The position numbers and the translations under genes were made by a program. Below are positions 42,203 through 52,857 of a stretch of 64,000 nt of DNA, piece by piece. The notes beneath the pieces were generated by a model. That model was not told the DNA's origin and did not search any database. It worked only from the letters and a program-made list of their open reading frames with translations. Positions within the stretch are counted from its first letter, which is position 1, and every line of letters begins with the position of its first letter. The stretch is from NCBI RefSeq assembly GCF_024223415.1, contig NZ_CP100500.1. One strand, given 5' to 3'. This DNA comes from Escherichia coli (GTDB lineage Bacteria; Pseudomonadota; Gammaproteobacteria; Enterobacterales; Enterobacteriaceae).

Positions 42203-42751
42203 TTATTGATACTGAACCTTGAAGGTCGCATCCGCATTAGCTGCGCCAGGGGTTGCGGCACCGGTTGCAAAATAACGCGCCTGGAACGGAATGGTGTTGG
42301 TTCCGTTATTCAGGGTTGTTTGTGCACTAAATGTCGCACCGTCCAGCGCCAGCGCAGCGCCCGTTCTGTCCAGGATCTGCACACCAACTTTTGTTGCGCT
42401 ACCCGCAGCTGAACTCTGCAAAGCTAATACGTTAGGATGAGTGCCATCAATTGCGGTACCAAGGAAGGCAATAGCTGCTTTGTCTGCAACAGTAGTGTCA
42501 CAATCGTTCAGTTGAATGTTAAAACCGACAGCAGAACTGGTTGCTCCTTCTTGTGCCAGCGATGCGGTACGAACCTGTCCTAACTGAACGGTTTGATCAA
42601 CAGAGCCTGCATCAACTGCGCAAGCGGCATTAACAATTTCCCCTTTAAAGTGAACGGTCCCACCATTTACCGTCGTAGTATCGGCCAGAGCCGCTGCGGA
42701 ACTGAGGGACAGAGCCGACAGAACAACGATTGCCAGAGTTTTAATTTTCAT
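42203..42751 (-). CDS. fimA: Type 1 fimbrial major subunit FimA
   Basis: ORF track to 42808; start [23 protein letters not shown] at 42751, 182 aa; shows allelic differences from the K-12 FimA I recall (expected antigenic variation). Confidence 0.95.
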
Positions 42752-42870
42752 GCTGCTTTCCTTTAAAAAAACTATTTCTAAATCGACATGGGCAGTCGTT
42801 CTGTACACTTTGTTTTGTCAACGAGTTTGACTGCCAACACTGCACAGTTTTCCCCCAAAAGATGAAACAT

Positions 42871-43184
42871 TTGGGGCCATTTTGACTCATAGAGGAAAGC
42901 ATCGCGCACAAACTTTTTCAGTTTATTTGTTGGCTTAATATTCTATTGTTATCTTTATTTATAGATTTTTATATTGAATGAGGTGGTTTTTGGAGAGAAG
43001 AATGAGGAAGATGCGTCGAGCCACAGAAACGTTAGCTTTACATATAGCGGAGGTGATGTGAAATTAATTTACAAGAGAAATAATTTACATATCAAACAGT
43101 TAGATGATTTTTGTCGTTTTTTAAGATTTTTATGCTTGAGAAAAAATACGTAACTTATTTATGATATGGACAGTTTGGCCCCAA
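42871..43184. promoter_or_regulatory. fimS: fimS invertible phase-variation switch (314 bp) bounded by 9-bp inverted repeats TTGGGGCCA (42871-42879) and TGGCCCCAA (43176-43184); orientation appears OFF
   Basis: Both 9-bp IRs found exactly 314 bp apart between fimA and fimE. The only good sigma70-like promoter inside (TTGAGA-N18-TATGAT, 43136-43165) is on the plus strand, pointing toward fimE and away from minus-strand fimA. Confidence 0.8.
43136..43165 (+). promoter_or_regulatory. fimA promoter (-35 TTGAGA, -10 TATGAT) as positioned in the phase-OFF orientation
   Basis: Hexamers read directly from sequence; lies 10 bp inside the fimE-proximal inverted repeat and is oriented antisense to fimA. 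Confidence 0.55.
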
Positions 43185-43231
43185 TTGTCTTGTATTTATT
43201 TGTTTTTTAACTTTATTATCAATAAGTTAAA

Positions 43232-43828
43232 TCAAACCTCTTCTCTTTTTAATTTTTCGTTTATGAGATTATTTCTTTCCCATAATCCGGCAAAACGAGC
43301 AGCATTACTGGCGGTATAACGTACAGTATGGCGAATATTTCGATGCCCGAGATAATCCTGAATTAAACGAGTATCTGCACCACGCTCCGCCAGTTCATAA
43401 CCGCAAGCATGCCTTAACATATGAGGATGAGTCTGCGTTACGGTTCCAGCTTCAATACCGGCATCACGAATAATGCGATAGGCCTGCTGGCGAGAAAGCC
43501 GACTCCCGCGGCGAGAAATAAATATGGCGTCGGTCCGGTCAGCGCCTTTCCAGTTAGCACGTTCCTGGGTCCAGCGTTCCACGGCTTCACGCTCATCAAA
43601 ACGCAACGGGTGAACGGTAGAAAACCCGTTCTTCAGTCGGCGAATATTTATTCGACCTTCATTAAGGTCAAGATCCTGATAATGCAGATCAAGCAGTTCA
43701 CTAATACGCATCCCATGCCGATATGCCAACAGAATAAGACAATAATCTCTGGCTCCCGTTGCCCCGTAACAAACCGCCTGCATCATGGCCTGAACTTCTT
43801 TACCGGTAAGATAACGACGTTTACTCAC
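43232..43828 (-). CDS. fimE: Tyrosine recombinase FimE (ON-to-OFF switching)
   Basis: 198 aa; integrase-family C-terminal motifs (HPHMLRHACGYELAERG, LGHRNIRHTVRYT). Confidence 0.97.
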   Translation of the reverse strand: MSKRRYLTGKEVQAMMQAVCYGATGARDYCLILLAYRHGMRISELLDLHYQDLDLNEGRINIRRLKNGFSTVHPLRFDEREAVERWTQERANWKGADRTDAIFISRRGSRLSRQQAYRIIRDAGIEAGTVTQTHPHMLRHACGYELAERGADTRLIQDYLGHRNIRHTVRYTASNAARFAGLWERNNLINEKLKREEV

Positions 43829-44305
43829 AATAGTAGTACTCCTAACTGAGATATATTTGAATGAATACCTATAGGAAACCTCAATAGGTCAAAATTAGCC
43901 CAATAGATAAAAAGATAACCACACACGACGTGATGTGGCTATCAGTCAATTACATTAAATATCATACAAAAATAAAATATCACTGATGTGATAACATCTA
44001 TTTTCATTGATTTGATTCAATATAACAATAGATTGCAGTGGATTAACTTCCAGTTGCTTAAAAAATAAAGAAAAAAGTGCGAAAACAGGAGAATTTAAGT
44101 GATGTGTAAATTTATGAATGATTTTGTTTATTTATTTTGAAGAACACAAACCATTGTATTTTGTATGGATATGGTTAACTTAATGTTTATTATGATAATT
44201 AAGAATTATACTTACAATAACATCAATTAATAAATGGTTAATCATTTTTGATATATCGTAAGAATAATGTAGTTTTTAACACCATCCCTGGTATCTCAAC
44301 TATCT

Positions 44306-44908
44306 CTATAAAACAGCGTGACGCTGTCGTCCTCTGGCTCTATCCCAGATGCCGTAAAAACGCCCTGCATTGCTGGCGGTATACCAGACAGTATGACGAA
44401 TATTGCGATGCCCAAGATAATCCTGGATAAGTCGCGTATCTATTCCCATATTCGCCAAAGCAAAACCACACGAATGGCGTAACATGTGCGGATGAATCTC
44501 CAGTGACAACCCGGCATTACCACCGGAAGTCGAGATAATATGGTAAAACTGTTGCCGAGAAAGCGGATTCCCCTTACGCGATAAAAATACCCACTCGCTC
44601 TCAGCATGCGGGTACGAAGTACGGATACTCAACCAGTTTTTTAAAGCCTGAACTTCTTTGTTCAATAGCGGGTGCGTTGTTGAAAAGCCTTTTTTTAATC
44701 GATGGATATATATACACTTTGCCTTAAGATCAATATCCGAAATCCTCAATCGACAAATTTCACTCGCCCGGAAACCATGAATAAAACAAAGCAAAGTCAG
44801 ACAATAATTACGTGCTGCATGAGGCCCGGTATTTGCTGCTTTAAGGAGTGATTCGATTTCACTATGGGTCAGGAAGTTCCTTTTTTTGTTATCAGCCTTA
44901 TTCTTCAT
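44306..44908 (-). CDS. fimB: Tyrosine recombinase FimB (bidirectional switching)
   Basis: ORF track to 44938; start MKNKADNKKRNFLTHSEIESLLKAAN at 44908, 200 aa; paralog of fimE. Confidence 0.95.
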   Translation of the reverse strand: MKNKADNKKRNFLTHSEIESLLKAANTGPHAARNYCLTLLCFIHGFRASEICRLRISDIDLKAKCIYIHRLKKGFSTTHPLLNKEVQALKNWLSIRTSYPHAESEWVFLSRKGNPLSRQQFYHIISTSGGNAGLSLEIHPHMLRHSCGFALANMGIDTRLIQDYLGHRNIRHTVWYTASNAGRFYGIWDRARGRQRHAVL

Positions 44909-45923
44909 CGTTTTTCCCTTATAATTACAGACGCGCACTAGCTGTGCTGGGTTAGCAATAATCCAACATTTTTATCCTGATTATGTTTATAAAAGCGAAC
45001 GTTTGCTTAATAACTAACGTAAGTGGACCAGTTCTTCTGAGTGAACTTAAATGGGGTAGCAACAGTTAATTATAATAACGTTGCCATACAAACGCTATGC
45101 TCTTGCATGCTATGTACCTTTATATATTTATCAATCGGATACGAATCTAATAATAACCCTCATCATTAATGCAACTAATCTTATCTATATATCATGTGAT
45201 ATGTTCTGTAACAAGTAAAATCAACATAAAAAATTCAGCAAAATTTAATATTCGTTCAACTAGCCGTCTCACATATGACATTATTAGTCAACTCCATTTG
45301 CCACAAAATGGCTATTTCATGGAGCGCAGTAATTTCTTAGTGGCTATTATCATGCTAATTCTTAGGTCCCTAGCGATTATTCCTGGCTGGTTCGTCAGCT
45401 TACGCCATGAGATTGTTACATTCCTTTTTATCCTGGAGATATGGGGGAACGCAGGAGATGATTTTTTCATCTACATTCGTTGGTAAATATGGCTTTGGTC
45501 ACTACGACTTAAACCTTCCTCAATCACAGCCATTCGCCGGGCGATACGGCAAACAAACTAAGTGAAACATCATCCTGAAAACACCAACATCAACAAGCCT
45601 CTCCAGATCGACTTCAGAAGTGACCAGTTACAAGCCACAAACCAGGAAACATATTTCATGATGAGAATTATGCTCAGCCTGATGGCGGGTAAACACTGAT
45701 TTTCACCAAGCTCACTGAGTTAGCTTGCAAAGCTTCCCTTGTTTAGACTCTAAATAAATTTTTTATAAAACAAATAGTTAAAAGAAGATCTTTAGTTTTT
45801 GAAGACCACTGCAAGTGTTCGTCTGGCTTCACATGGCATCTTCCTCTTAGAAAAAGATCGACATATTTTGTGACACGAATTGCAAATCTGGTTTTGTTGT
45901 ATGGATTGCGTGATTTTTGATCT

Positions 45924-45946
45924 GGTATAACAGGTATAAAGGTGCA
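45924..45946. promoter_or_regulatory. Putative NanR operator (GGTATA-ACA-GGTATA-AA-GGTGCA repeats) in the nanC-fimB divergent regulatory region
   Basis: Two perfect and one degenerate GGTATA hexamers seen in sequence about 420 bp upstream of nanC; assignment to NanR is from recalled knowledge of the sialic-acid regulon. Confidence 0.4.
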
Positions 45947-46361
45947 CCAAGATAGTCAATGAGACAGGGCATCTCGCAATCTATGGCAAACATCACTTCA
46001 GTTCTTTCTCATCGGGTGATGAAAACGCACTTCAGTCTGAAAGGAATATGAAAATGAGATCAATAGACACTCTATTTTATGACTCTGGGTAAAATGAATT
46101 GAGTAAGTGATATAGCTTACGAACATTCAAATCAATTAAACATCAGAAGAGATTTTATACTCAGGTATTTAATCTGGCTCTCTGTTTATTTAAATAATGT
46201 GGAAAGAGAATTTTCACAGGAGACCTTATACAAAAAATATAAAATAAGCTACCCGTTGCCAAAGACACTATAAGCCTGGCAAAAAATATTACACAACATA
46301 AATGCTAATTGTTTATGCGGGCTTTGTATTGCTTTCTGTATCCTACAAATGAGTGAAATTT

Positions 46362-47078
46362 ATGAAAAAGGCTAAAATACTTTCTGGCGTATTATTACTG
46401 TGCTTTTCGTCACCATTAATTTCTCAGGCTGCGACACTGGACGTACGTGGTGGATATCGTAGTGGAAGCCACGCCTATGAGACTCGACTCAAAGTCAGTG
46501 AGGGATGGCAAAATGGATGGTGGGCAAGTATGGAAAGTAATACCTGGAATACCATTCATGATAATAAAAAGGAAAATGCCGCACTCAATGATGTTCAGGT
46601 TGAAGTTAATTACGCGATTAAACTTGATGATCAATGGACGGTGCGCCCGGGAATGTTAACGCATTTTAGCAGCAACGGCACACGCTACGGACCCTACGTA
46701 AAACTGTCCTGGGACGCGACAAAAGATCTTAATTTTGGCATTCGCTATCGTTACGACTGGAAAGCTTACCGACAACAAGACTTATCCGGTGATATGTCTC
46801 GTGATAACGTTCATCGTTGGGATGGATATGTCACTTACCATATTAATAGTGATTTCACCTTCGCATGGCAAACGACGCTATACAGCAAACAGAACGATTA
46901 TCGCTATGCAAACCATAAGAAATGGGCGACGGAAAATGCATTTGTTCTACAATACCATATGACGCCCGATATTACGCCATACATAGAATATGACTACCTG
47001 GACCGTCAGGGTGTTTACAACGGCAGAGATAATTTATCGGAAAACAGTTATCGCATTGGTGTGTCATTTAAACTGTAG
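46362..47078 (+). CDS. nanC: N-acetylneuraminic acid outer-membrane channel NanC (KdgM family)
   Basis: ORF track 46353..47078; start MKKAKILSGVLLLCFSSPLISQA (46362) with signal peptide; 238 aa. Confidence 0.9.
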   Translation: MKKAKILSGVLLLCFSSPLISQAATLDVRGGYRSGSHAYETRLKVSEGWQNGWWASMESNTWNTIHDNKKENAALNDVQVEVNYAIKLDDQWTVRPGMLTHFSSNGTRYGPYVKLSWDATKDLNFGIRYRYDWKAYRQQDLSGDMSRDNVHRWDGYVTYHINSDFTFAWQTTLYSKQNDYRYANHKKWATENAFVLQYHMTPDITPYIEYDYLDRQGVYNGRDNLSENSYRIGVSFKL

Positions 47079-47097
47079 TAGACAGGAGACAGTCACA

Positions 47098-48204
47098 ATG
47101 AATAAAACAATAACGGCGCTTGCTATCATGATGGCTTCATTTGCCGCAAACGCGTCTGTATTACCGGAAACTCCTGTGCCATTTAAAAGTGGTACCGGAG
47201 CAATTGATAACGACACTGTCTACATTGGTTTAGGTAGCGCAGGTACGGCATGGTACAAGCTGGATACACAGGCCAAAGATAAAAAATGGACAGCGTTAGC
47301 TGCATTCCCTGGCGGACCAAGAGATCAAGCAACCTCTGCATTTATTGATGGCAATCTGTATGTGTTTGGCGGCATTGGCAAAAACAGCGAGGGCTTGACT
47401 CAGGTATTTAATGACGTACACAAATACAACCCCAAAACCAATAGCTGGGTTAAATTGATGTCGCACGCGCCGATGGGCATGGCGGGCCATGTGACTTTTG
47501 TACACAACGGCAAGGCTTATGTTACTGGCGGTGTTAACCAGAATATCTTCAATGGCTATTTTGAAGATCTCAACGAGGCTGGAAAAGATTCAACCGCTAT
47601 AGATAAAATCAACGCTCACTATTTTGACAAAAAAGCAGAAGATTATTTCTTCAATAAGTTTCTGTTGTCTTTTGATCCCTCAACACAGCAATGGAGTTAC
47701 GCTGGCGAATCTCCCTGGTACGGAACGGCTGGTGCGGCGGTTGTGAATAAAGGTGATAAAACCTGGCTTATTAATGGCGAAGCCAAACCAGGATTGCGAA
47801 CGGATGCCGTATTTGAACTTGATTTCACCGGCAATAATTTAAAATGGAATAAGCTTGCTCCCGTCTCATCACCAGATGGCGTCGCTGGCGGTTTTGCGGG
47901 GATAAGCAATGATTCTCTTATATTTGCCGGAGGGGCCGGATTCAAAGGTTCACGAGAAAATTACCAGAACGGTAAGAACTATGCGCATGAAGGCCTGAAA
48001 AAATCATATAGCACTGATATTCATCTTTGGCATAACGGGAAATGGGATAAATCGGGTGAATTATCGCAAGGTCGGGCCTACGGAGTATCATTGCCCTGGA
48101 ATAATAGTCTATTGATTATTGGCGGTGAAACTGCAGGCGGCAAAGCGGTGACGGATTCAGTTTTGATCTCTGTGAAGGATAATAAAGTCACAGTACAAAA
48201 CTAA
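47098..48204 (+). CDS. nanM: N-acetylneuraminate mutarotase NanM (Kelch beta-propeller)
   Basis: ORF track 46990..48204 overlaps nanC; ATG at 47098 (MNKTITALAIMMASFAANA, signal peptide) gives 368 aa. Confidence 0.9.
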   Translation: MNKTITALAIMMASFAANASVLPETPVPFKSGTGAIDNDTVYIGLGSAGTAWYKLDTQAKDKKWTALAAFPGGPRDQATSAFIDGNLYVFGGIGKNSEGLTQVFNDVHKYNPKTNSWVKLMSHAPMGMAGHVTFVHNGKAYVTGGVNQNIFNGYFEDLNEAGKDSTAIDKINAHYFDKKAEDYFFNKFLLSFDPSTQQWSYAGESPWYGTAGAAVVNKGDKTWLINGEAKPGLRTDAVFELDFTGNNLKWNKLAPVSSPDGVAGGFAGISNDSLIFAGGAGFKGSRENYQNGKNYAHEGLKKSYSTDIHLWHNGKWDKSGELSQGRAYGVSLPWNNSLLIIGGETAGGKAVTDSVLISVKDNKVTVQN

Positions 48205-48268
48205 CGCTTCAGGGCCCCAGTAAAGGGGCCCTGCTATCAATTTGTCATTTCAATTACGCGAAATTTAT

Positions 48269-49249
48269 ATGAACGCAATAATATCGCCTGATTATTACTA
48301 TGTTCTTACCGTTGCTGGTCAGTCTAATGCCATGGCGTATGGCGAAGGACTGCCATTACCGGACAGGGAAGATGCGCCTCATCCCAGAATTAAACAATTA
48401 GCGAGATTTGCGCATACGCATCCCGGAGGCCCGTCATGTCACTTTAACGACATTATTCCACTGACTCACTGCCCACACGATGTTCAGGATATGCAGGGTT
48501 ATCACCATCCTCTGGCAACGAATCATCAAACACAGTACGGCACCGTTGGCCAGGCACTGCATATTGCACGGAAATTACTGCCCTTTATTCCTGATAACGC
48601 AGGGGTTCTCATCGTTCCGTGTTGCCGTGGCGGATCGGCTTTTACCGCGGGCAGCGAAGGGACATATTCAGAACGGCACGGAGCCAGCCATGATGCTTGT
48701 CGTTGGGGAACGGATACTCCGCTATACCAGGATTTAGTCAGCAGAACGCGAGCCGCATTGGCAAAAAATCCGCAGAACAAATTCCTCGGCGTATGCTGGA
48801 TGCAAGGCGAATTTGACTTAATGACCAGTGACTACGCGTCACACCCTCAACACTTTAATCATATGGTTGAAGCCTTTCGTAGGGATCTAAAACAATACCA
48901 TTCTCAGCTTAATAATATTACTGATGCGCCCTGGTTTTGCGGCGATACCACCTGGTACTGGAAAGAAAATTTCCCTCATGCGTATGAAGCTATTTATGGC
49001 AATTACCAAAATAATGTTTTAGCCAATATTATTTTCGTCGACTTCCAGCAACAAGGTGAAAGAGGACTGACGAACGCGCCTGATGAAGACCCGGACGATT
49101 TAAGCACGGGATATTACGGTTCAGCGTACCGGTCACCGGAGAACTGGACGACGGCACTGAGAAGCAGCCATTTCAGCGCGGCAGCCCGTCGGGGGATTAT
49201 TTCTGACAGGTTTGTAGAAGCAATTTTGCAGTTTTGGCGCGAAAAGTGA
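48269..49249 (+). CDS. nanS: 9-O-acetyl-N-acetylneuraminate esterase NanS
   Basis: ORF track 48242..49249; start MNAIISPDYYYVLTVAGQSNA at 48269; about 326 aa. Confidence 0.85.
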   Translation: MNAIISPDYYYVLTVAGQSNAMAYGEGLPLPDREDAPHPRIKQLARFAHTHPGGPSCHFNDIIPLTHCPHDVQDMQGYHHPLATNHQTQYGTVGQALHIARKLLPFIPDNAGVLIVPCCRGGSAFTAGSEGTYSERHGASHDACRWGTDTPLYQDLVSRTRAALAKNPQNKFLGVCWMQGEFDLMTSDYASHPQHFNHMVEAFRRDLKQYHSQLNNITDAPWFCGDTTWYWKENFPHAYEAIYGNYQNNVLANIIFVDFQQQGERGLTNAPDEDPDDLSTGYYGSAYRSPENWTTALRSSHFSAAARRGIISDRFVEAILQFWREK

Positions 49250-49379
49250 GCGTTCATTAATTTGATTTATTCGCATCCATCAACGCTTTTAACTCCTCCG
49301 GCGTGCGGCACTATAACGACTTCCACAACAAGGAGCCATTTTCTTATACCACTTTCAGTGACCATCCGCTTATGCCACC

Positions 49380-49790
49380 ACCCTCTACGCAACTGTTTGC
49401 AGAGCACCTTCCCACCGAGTGGATACAGCACTTCCTGACGCTTTCTGCTCATGCGACCGTTCGTCGTCTTAACCTGAGCGTGGATGGCGAAGCGGGGATG
49501 AACCTGCTGGCGCCCGCAGCGCTGTCACCCAGGCGCGTCAGCGCGTGGGGGCCGCCCCGGTGGAATGGCTCTTCCGCCAGACCGCACAGACATGGGGCGC
49601 GGAACGTTACCTGAAGGATGACTGGCACGGCCTGCAACTTTTTGCCATTGATGGCGCACAGTTCAGGACACCTGATGAACCCGAGCTGCGTGAATATTAT
49701 GGCTCTGCCAACACATCCACTGAGCGGCAGAGCGCCTACCCCGTCATGCGTCTGGTGGCGTTAATGAATCTGGGAATCACATTCTACTGA
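49380..49790 (+). pseudogene. Remnant of an IS4-family transposase gene (N-terminal region, frameshifted and truncated)
   Basis: Two consecutive frames (49303..49614, 49545..49790) give ...TVRRLNL... and ...WHGLQLFAIDGAQFRTPDEPE...YPVMRLVALMNL, resembling the IS4 transposase N-terminal LTLLAIDGVFWRTPDTPE...YPQVKMVCQMEL region from memory; no intact ORF or terminal IRs seen. Confidence 0.45.
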
Positions 49791-50742
49791 ATGCCATGAC
49801 CGCGCCTACCAGCGGAGCGATACGGCGTGAGGCAACAAAAGCGGCGTCAGAGATCAGCTTTAAGTTCGCGTTCCAGTTTATCGTGACAGAAATGATAGTG
49901 CTGGGAAACACGGCGTCACCGGGGACTATCCCGAAACGACTGGAGCATCTGCGGGGGCTCTGGAAGTGGTGTTCATAACAAAACGCCCCCGACCATCAAG
50001 GGCGAGGGCGGTTAAGATATCAAAAACCCGTTATCCTGTGAAACACAGTGCCGCCCCGATTAAGTGAACGGCATTGTGTTTCTGAGGGACCTTAATTTTC
50101 CCTGATTCTCTGACGTTCCTTACCATTGATATTTCCTTCATTCCTCACCAGAGAAATAAAAAATCACTATACTCATCAAAATATGAGATTACCTTTATTC
50201 AGGTGATCACCTTACTATTTTTTACGGAAAATAAATTATGAATAACAAGAAATCACTGACAAACCACCTGTAAAATGTCAATCATTTTAGTTCAATTGCC
50301 TTTGTCATGATTATCTTTTTATCGTCCTGACGATACTATTAACAATTGCAATTTTTATACCCCTCCTGAACAAATAGAAAAGAACTAATATATTCGTTTA
50401 TAATTCTGGTAATCCTGGCATCATACGTTTAAAACTTAAGATATTTATTTTATCATCATCATGGTTCCAGAGACTATTGGTCAGCTGGAAATGCCAGCCT
50501 TTTCGTGCCAGCTATATTTGTCCAGTGTGTCACCCCATCCAAAAATCATCCACATCCTGACGTTACGTTAGATATAGAGAAAACAGGTTGTACTGTGCAA
50601 TATGCAAACCGCATAAGCGAATATAATTTCTAAGTTGATATTGTCTGGCTGTTGGGAGCTAAGCAATATAAATATCGCCAGTTGCCAGAACGGTTATATA
50701 GACCAGGAGCGTTTCGGCTCCTGGCCTGTTTTGGACATATTA

Positions 50743-52857
50743 TCAGTCAGCCACTAATAGCGGACTAGGGACACCAGATGATGAAACAAACAGCCCTTTT
50801 ACGGCACGGGTTGCAGCCACATGCAGTAACGCGCGCTCATTAAATAATGCATCACGCTGTTCAACGGGATCATCGGATGCTAATGCTTTTATTTCCGGCA
50901 CAACGCCTTCGTTAATCCCCACCAGGAACACATACTGGAACTCAAGCCCTTTAATACGGTGCATCGTTGCAACCCGCACGCCAGGGCGTGCATCGCTGTC
51001 ACCGCTATCATTGCCTAAATTAAATGTCTCAATTCCGGCGTCATTCAGTGCTGATGCGTAGCGGTCACAAGCATGTTTAGTACGCGCAGTAATGCAGATA
51101 TCCTGAGAACGAACCTGATTCGCCAGCAATGCCTGAATTTGCTTGACGAGCGTTGCAGCCTCTTCTTTGAAATCTGCCGCATGCGTAATCATGGGCTTTT
51201 CCCCGTGCAGTAATGACAAATAATCATTACTGGTATCCGCTTCGCCATCGAGGTTATCAACCTTCACACCAGTTAACAGCCCAACAGCAAATTGACGCGT
51301 CTCTTCTGTGGTCCGATAGTTAATCTTCAATTTTTTACTGCGACGACCACGGACGTTAATACCACACTGACCAAGAACGACCTTATTGCGATAAATACGC
51401 TGATGCCCATCCCCGACAATAAACAGATCGTTGGGCGACTCGGGAACCAGGCTGCGAATAAGAGTAAATGCCGGGGCACCGATATCTTGAGCTTCATCGA
51501 CCACAATACTGCTATAAGGTAGTTGGACCTGCTTTTCTTTAAACAGAACAATAGCCTCATGCATGGCATCGCCCATTTCGCGCAGTTTGGCACGCGCCAT
51601 TTGTGCTCTGAATTCTTCAAAGACTGGCCAGATTTTCGCCCGTTGAATACGGGATAACGCTGTACCACGTCCAACCCGGCTGACTTTGAGGTATTCCTCC
51701 CGGGTGTAAACCGCATTTGGCTGGACAACGCGTTGCCACTCTTCAGCATAGAAATTATCAGGTAGCCCCAGTTCGGCAGGTGCCTGCTGCAAGGCATAGT
51801 TCCAGCATTTGCGTCGCCCTTCATCGCTGTCGTATACCACGCGGAAATCATAACCGTGGCGTTTTAGTTGGTCGCTCATCCAGGCATCAATGTTAACGAC
51901 GTCAATACGCGCCATCTCTTCTCGCGTACACAACCGCTGGAGATTAGCGCGAATATCTGCCGCCAGGTTACGCGTAAAGGTCGTGAAAAGTACCTTCTTA
52001 CCGGGTTTATCTGCCAGACGCTGAGATAACCACCGCGCACGGTGCATCGCAACAACCGTTTTCCCTGTACCTGCACCGCCCAGTACTCGTACCGGACCAT
52101 TAGCGGGCGACTCCACCAGTTTTCGCTGGCTCGGATGCAGAAATACACGCCATTTTTCTAAAGGCGCATTAAGCATCTGCAACAGCTCCTGTTCATTTTC
52201 AACGACATGGAAGCGACGTTTACTTCGTTCAATCGCCTCCATAAAGTCGTTGGTATCAACAGGCTCATCACGATGATCGTTAAACTCTTCCAGCACTTCC
52301 TGGTAATCCAGCCCTTCTGCCAGCCAGTGCAGAGGTTCCCAGGCTTCTGCTGGCATTATGCTTTCAAGTTGGTTAAGCCCGGCTTCATCGGTAAGCGCCA
52401 TCACCTGATCAATAAAGACAGGCGGCACGCCCAGGGCCAGAATCTGTTCCGCGCTGTAAGCCGCGAAGAGTTTCGGTTTATCAACCACCGCTTCCGGTGC
52501 CGGTTTGATATAGCTAATATCAATAACCTGAATCGCGCCGGTAACTGGGTGAATCGAACAATCATGCCGCCGCGCCCAGTCGTATGCTTCGTCGTGTTTA
52601 TCCACCCACATCAGCATATACAGGGCACCCTGTTCAGGTTTCAGAACAATGCCGCGATAAGTTTGATCGATTCGCACCGAATGGACATTTTTACTGCGCG
52701 CATCGTGGATCTTTTCATAGTTAAGTCCATTACTGGTCGGGTCCTGACGGAATTTGGAGATGAATTCCTGCACCTTTTTTTGCTGTGCTTTTGGGATCCG
52801 CGCGAATGCGCCCAGAAAACCATCAGAAAGTGCCACCTTGGGCGTTTGCACCGTCAT
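50743..52857 (-). CDS. UvrD/Rep-like SF1 helicase (704 aa) with about 250-aa N-terminal domain of unknown function; third gene of candidate defence operon
   Basis: Walker A LGGAGTGKT (aa 259-267), Walker B/motif II VVDEAQD, C-terminal motif MHRIKGLEFQYVFLV typical of UvrD/PcrA family; ATG overlaps upstream gene stop (ATGA at 52854-52857). Confidence 0.85.
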   Translation of the reverse strand: MTVQTPKVALSDGFLGAFARIPKAQQKKVQEFISKFRQDPTSNGLNYEKIHDARSKNVHSVRIDQTYRGIVLKPEQGALYMLMWVDKHDEAYDWARRHDCSIHPVTGAIQVIDISYIKPAPEAVVDKPKLFAAYSAEQILALGVPPVFIDQVMALTDEAGLNQLESIMPAEAWEPLHWLAEGLDYQEVLEEFNDHRDEPVDTNDFMEAIERSKRRFHVVENEQELLQMLNAPLEKWRVFLHPSQRKLVESPANGPVRVLGGAGTGKTVVAMHRARWLSQRLADKPGKKVLFTTFTRNLAADIRANLQRLCTREEMARIDVVNIDAWMSDQLKRHGYDFRVVYDSDEGRRKCWNYALQQAPAELGLPDNFYAEEWQRVVQPNAVYTREEYLKVSRVGRGTALSRIQRAKIWPVFEEFRAQMARAKLREMGDAMHEAIVLFKEKQVQLPYSSIVVDEAQDIGAPAFTLIRSLVPESPNDLFIVGDGHQRIYRNKVVLGQCGINVRGRRSKKLKINYRTTEETRQFAVGLLTGVKVDNLDGEADTSNDYLSLLHGEKPMITHAADFKEEAATLVKQIQALLANQVRSQDICITARTKHACDRYASALNDAGIETFNLGNDSGDSDARPGVRVATMHRIKGLEFQYVFLVGINEGVVPEIKALASDDPVEQRDALFNERALLHVAATRAVKGLFVSSSGVPSPLLVAD

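Noticed and set aside
43232-44908. fimB/fimE tyrosine recombinases as possible prophage or integrative-element integrases
   Set aside because: They flank the fimS invertible switch with its 9-bp inverted repeats and the fim structural operon, so they are the dedicated fim switch recombinases, not mobile-element integrases; no att-like repeats or phage genes are adjacent.
45169-45486. 105-aa ORF in the fimB upstream region
   Set aside because: It lies in the long AT-rich nanC-fimB regulatory intergenic region, has low-complexity hydrophobic translation and no RBS; the region is known to be regulatory rather than coding.
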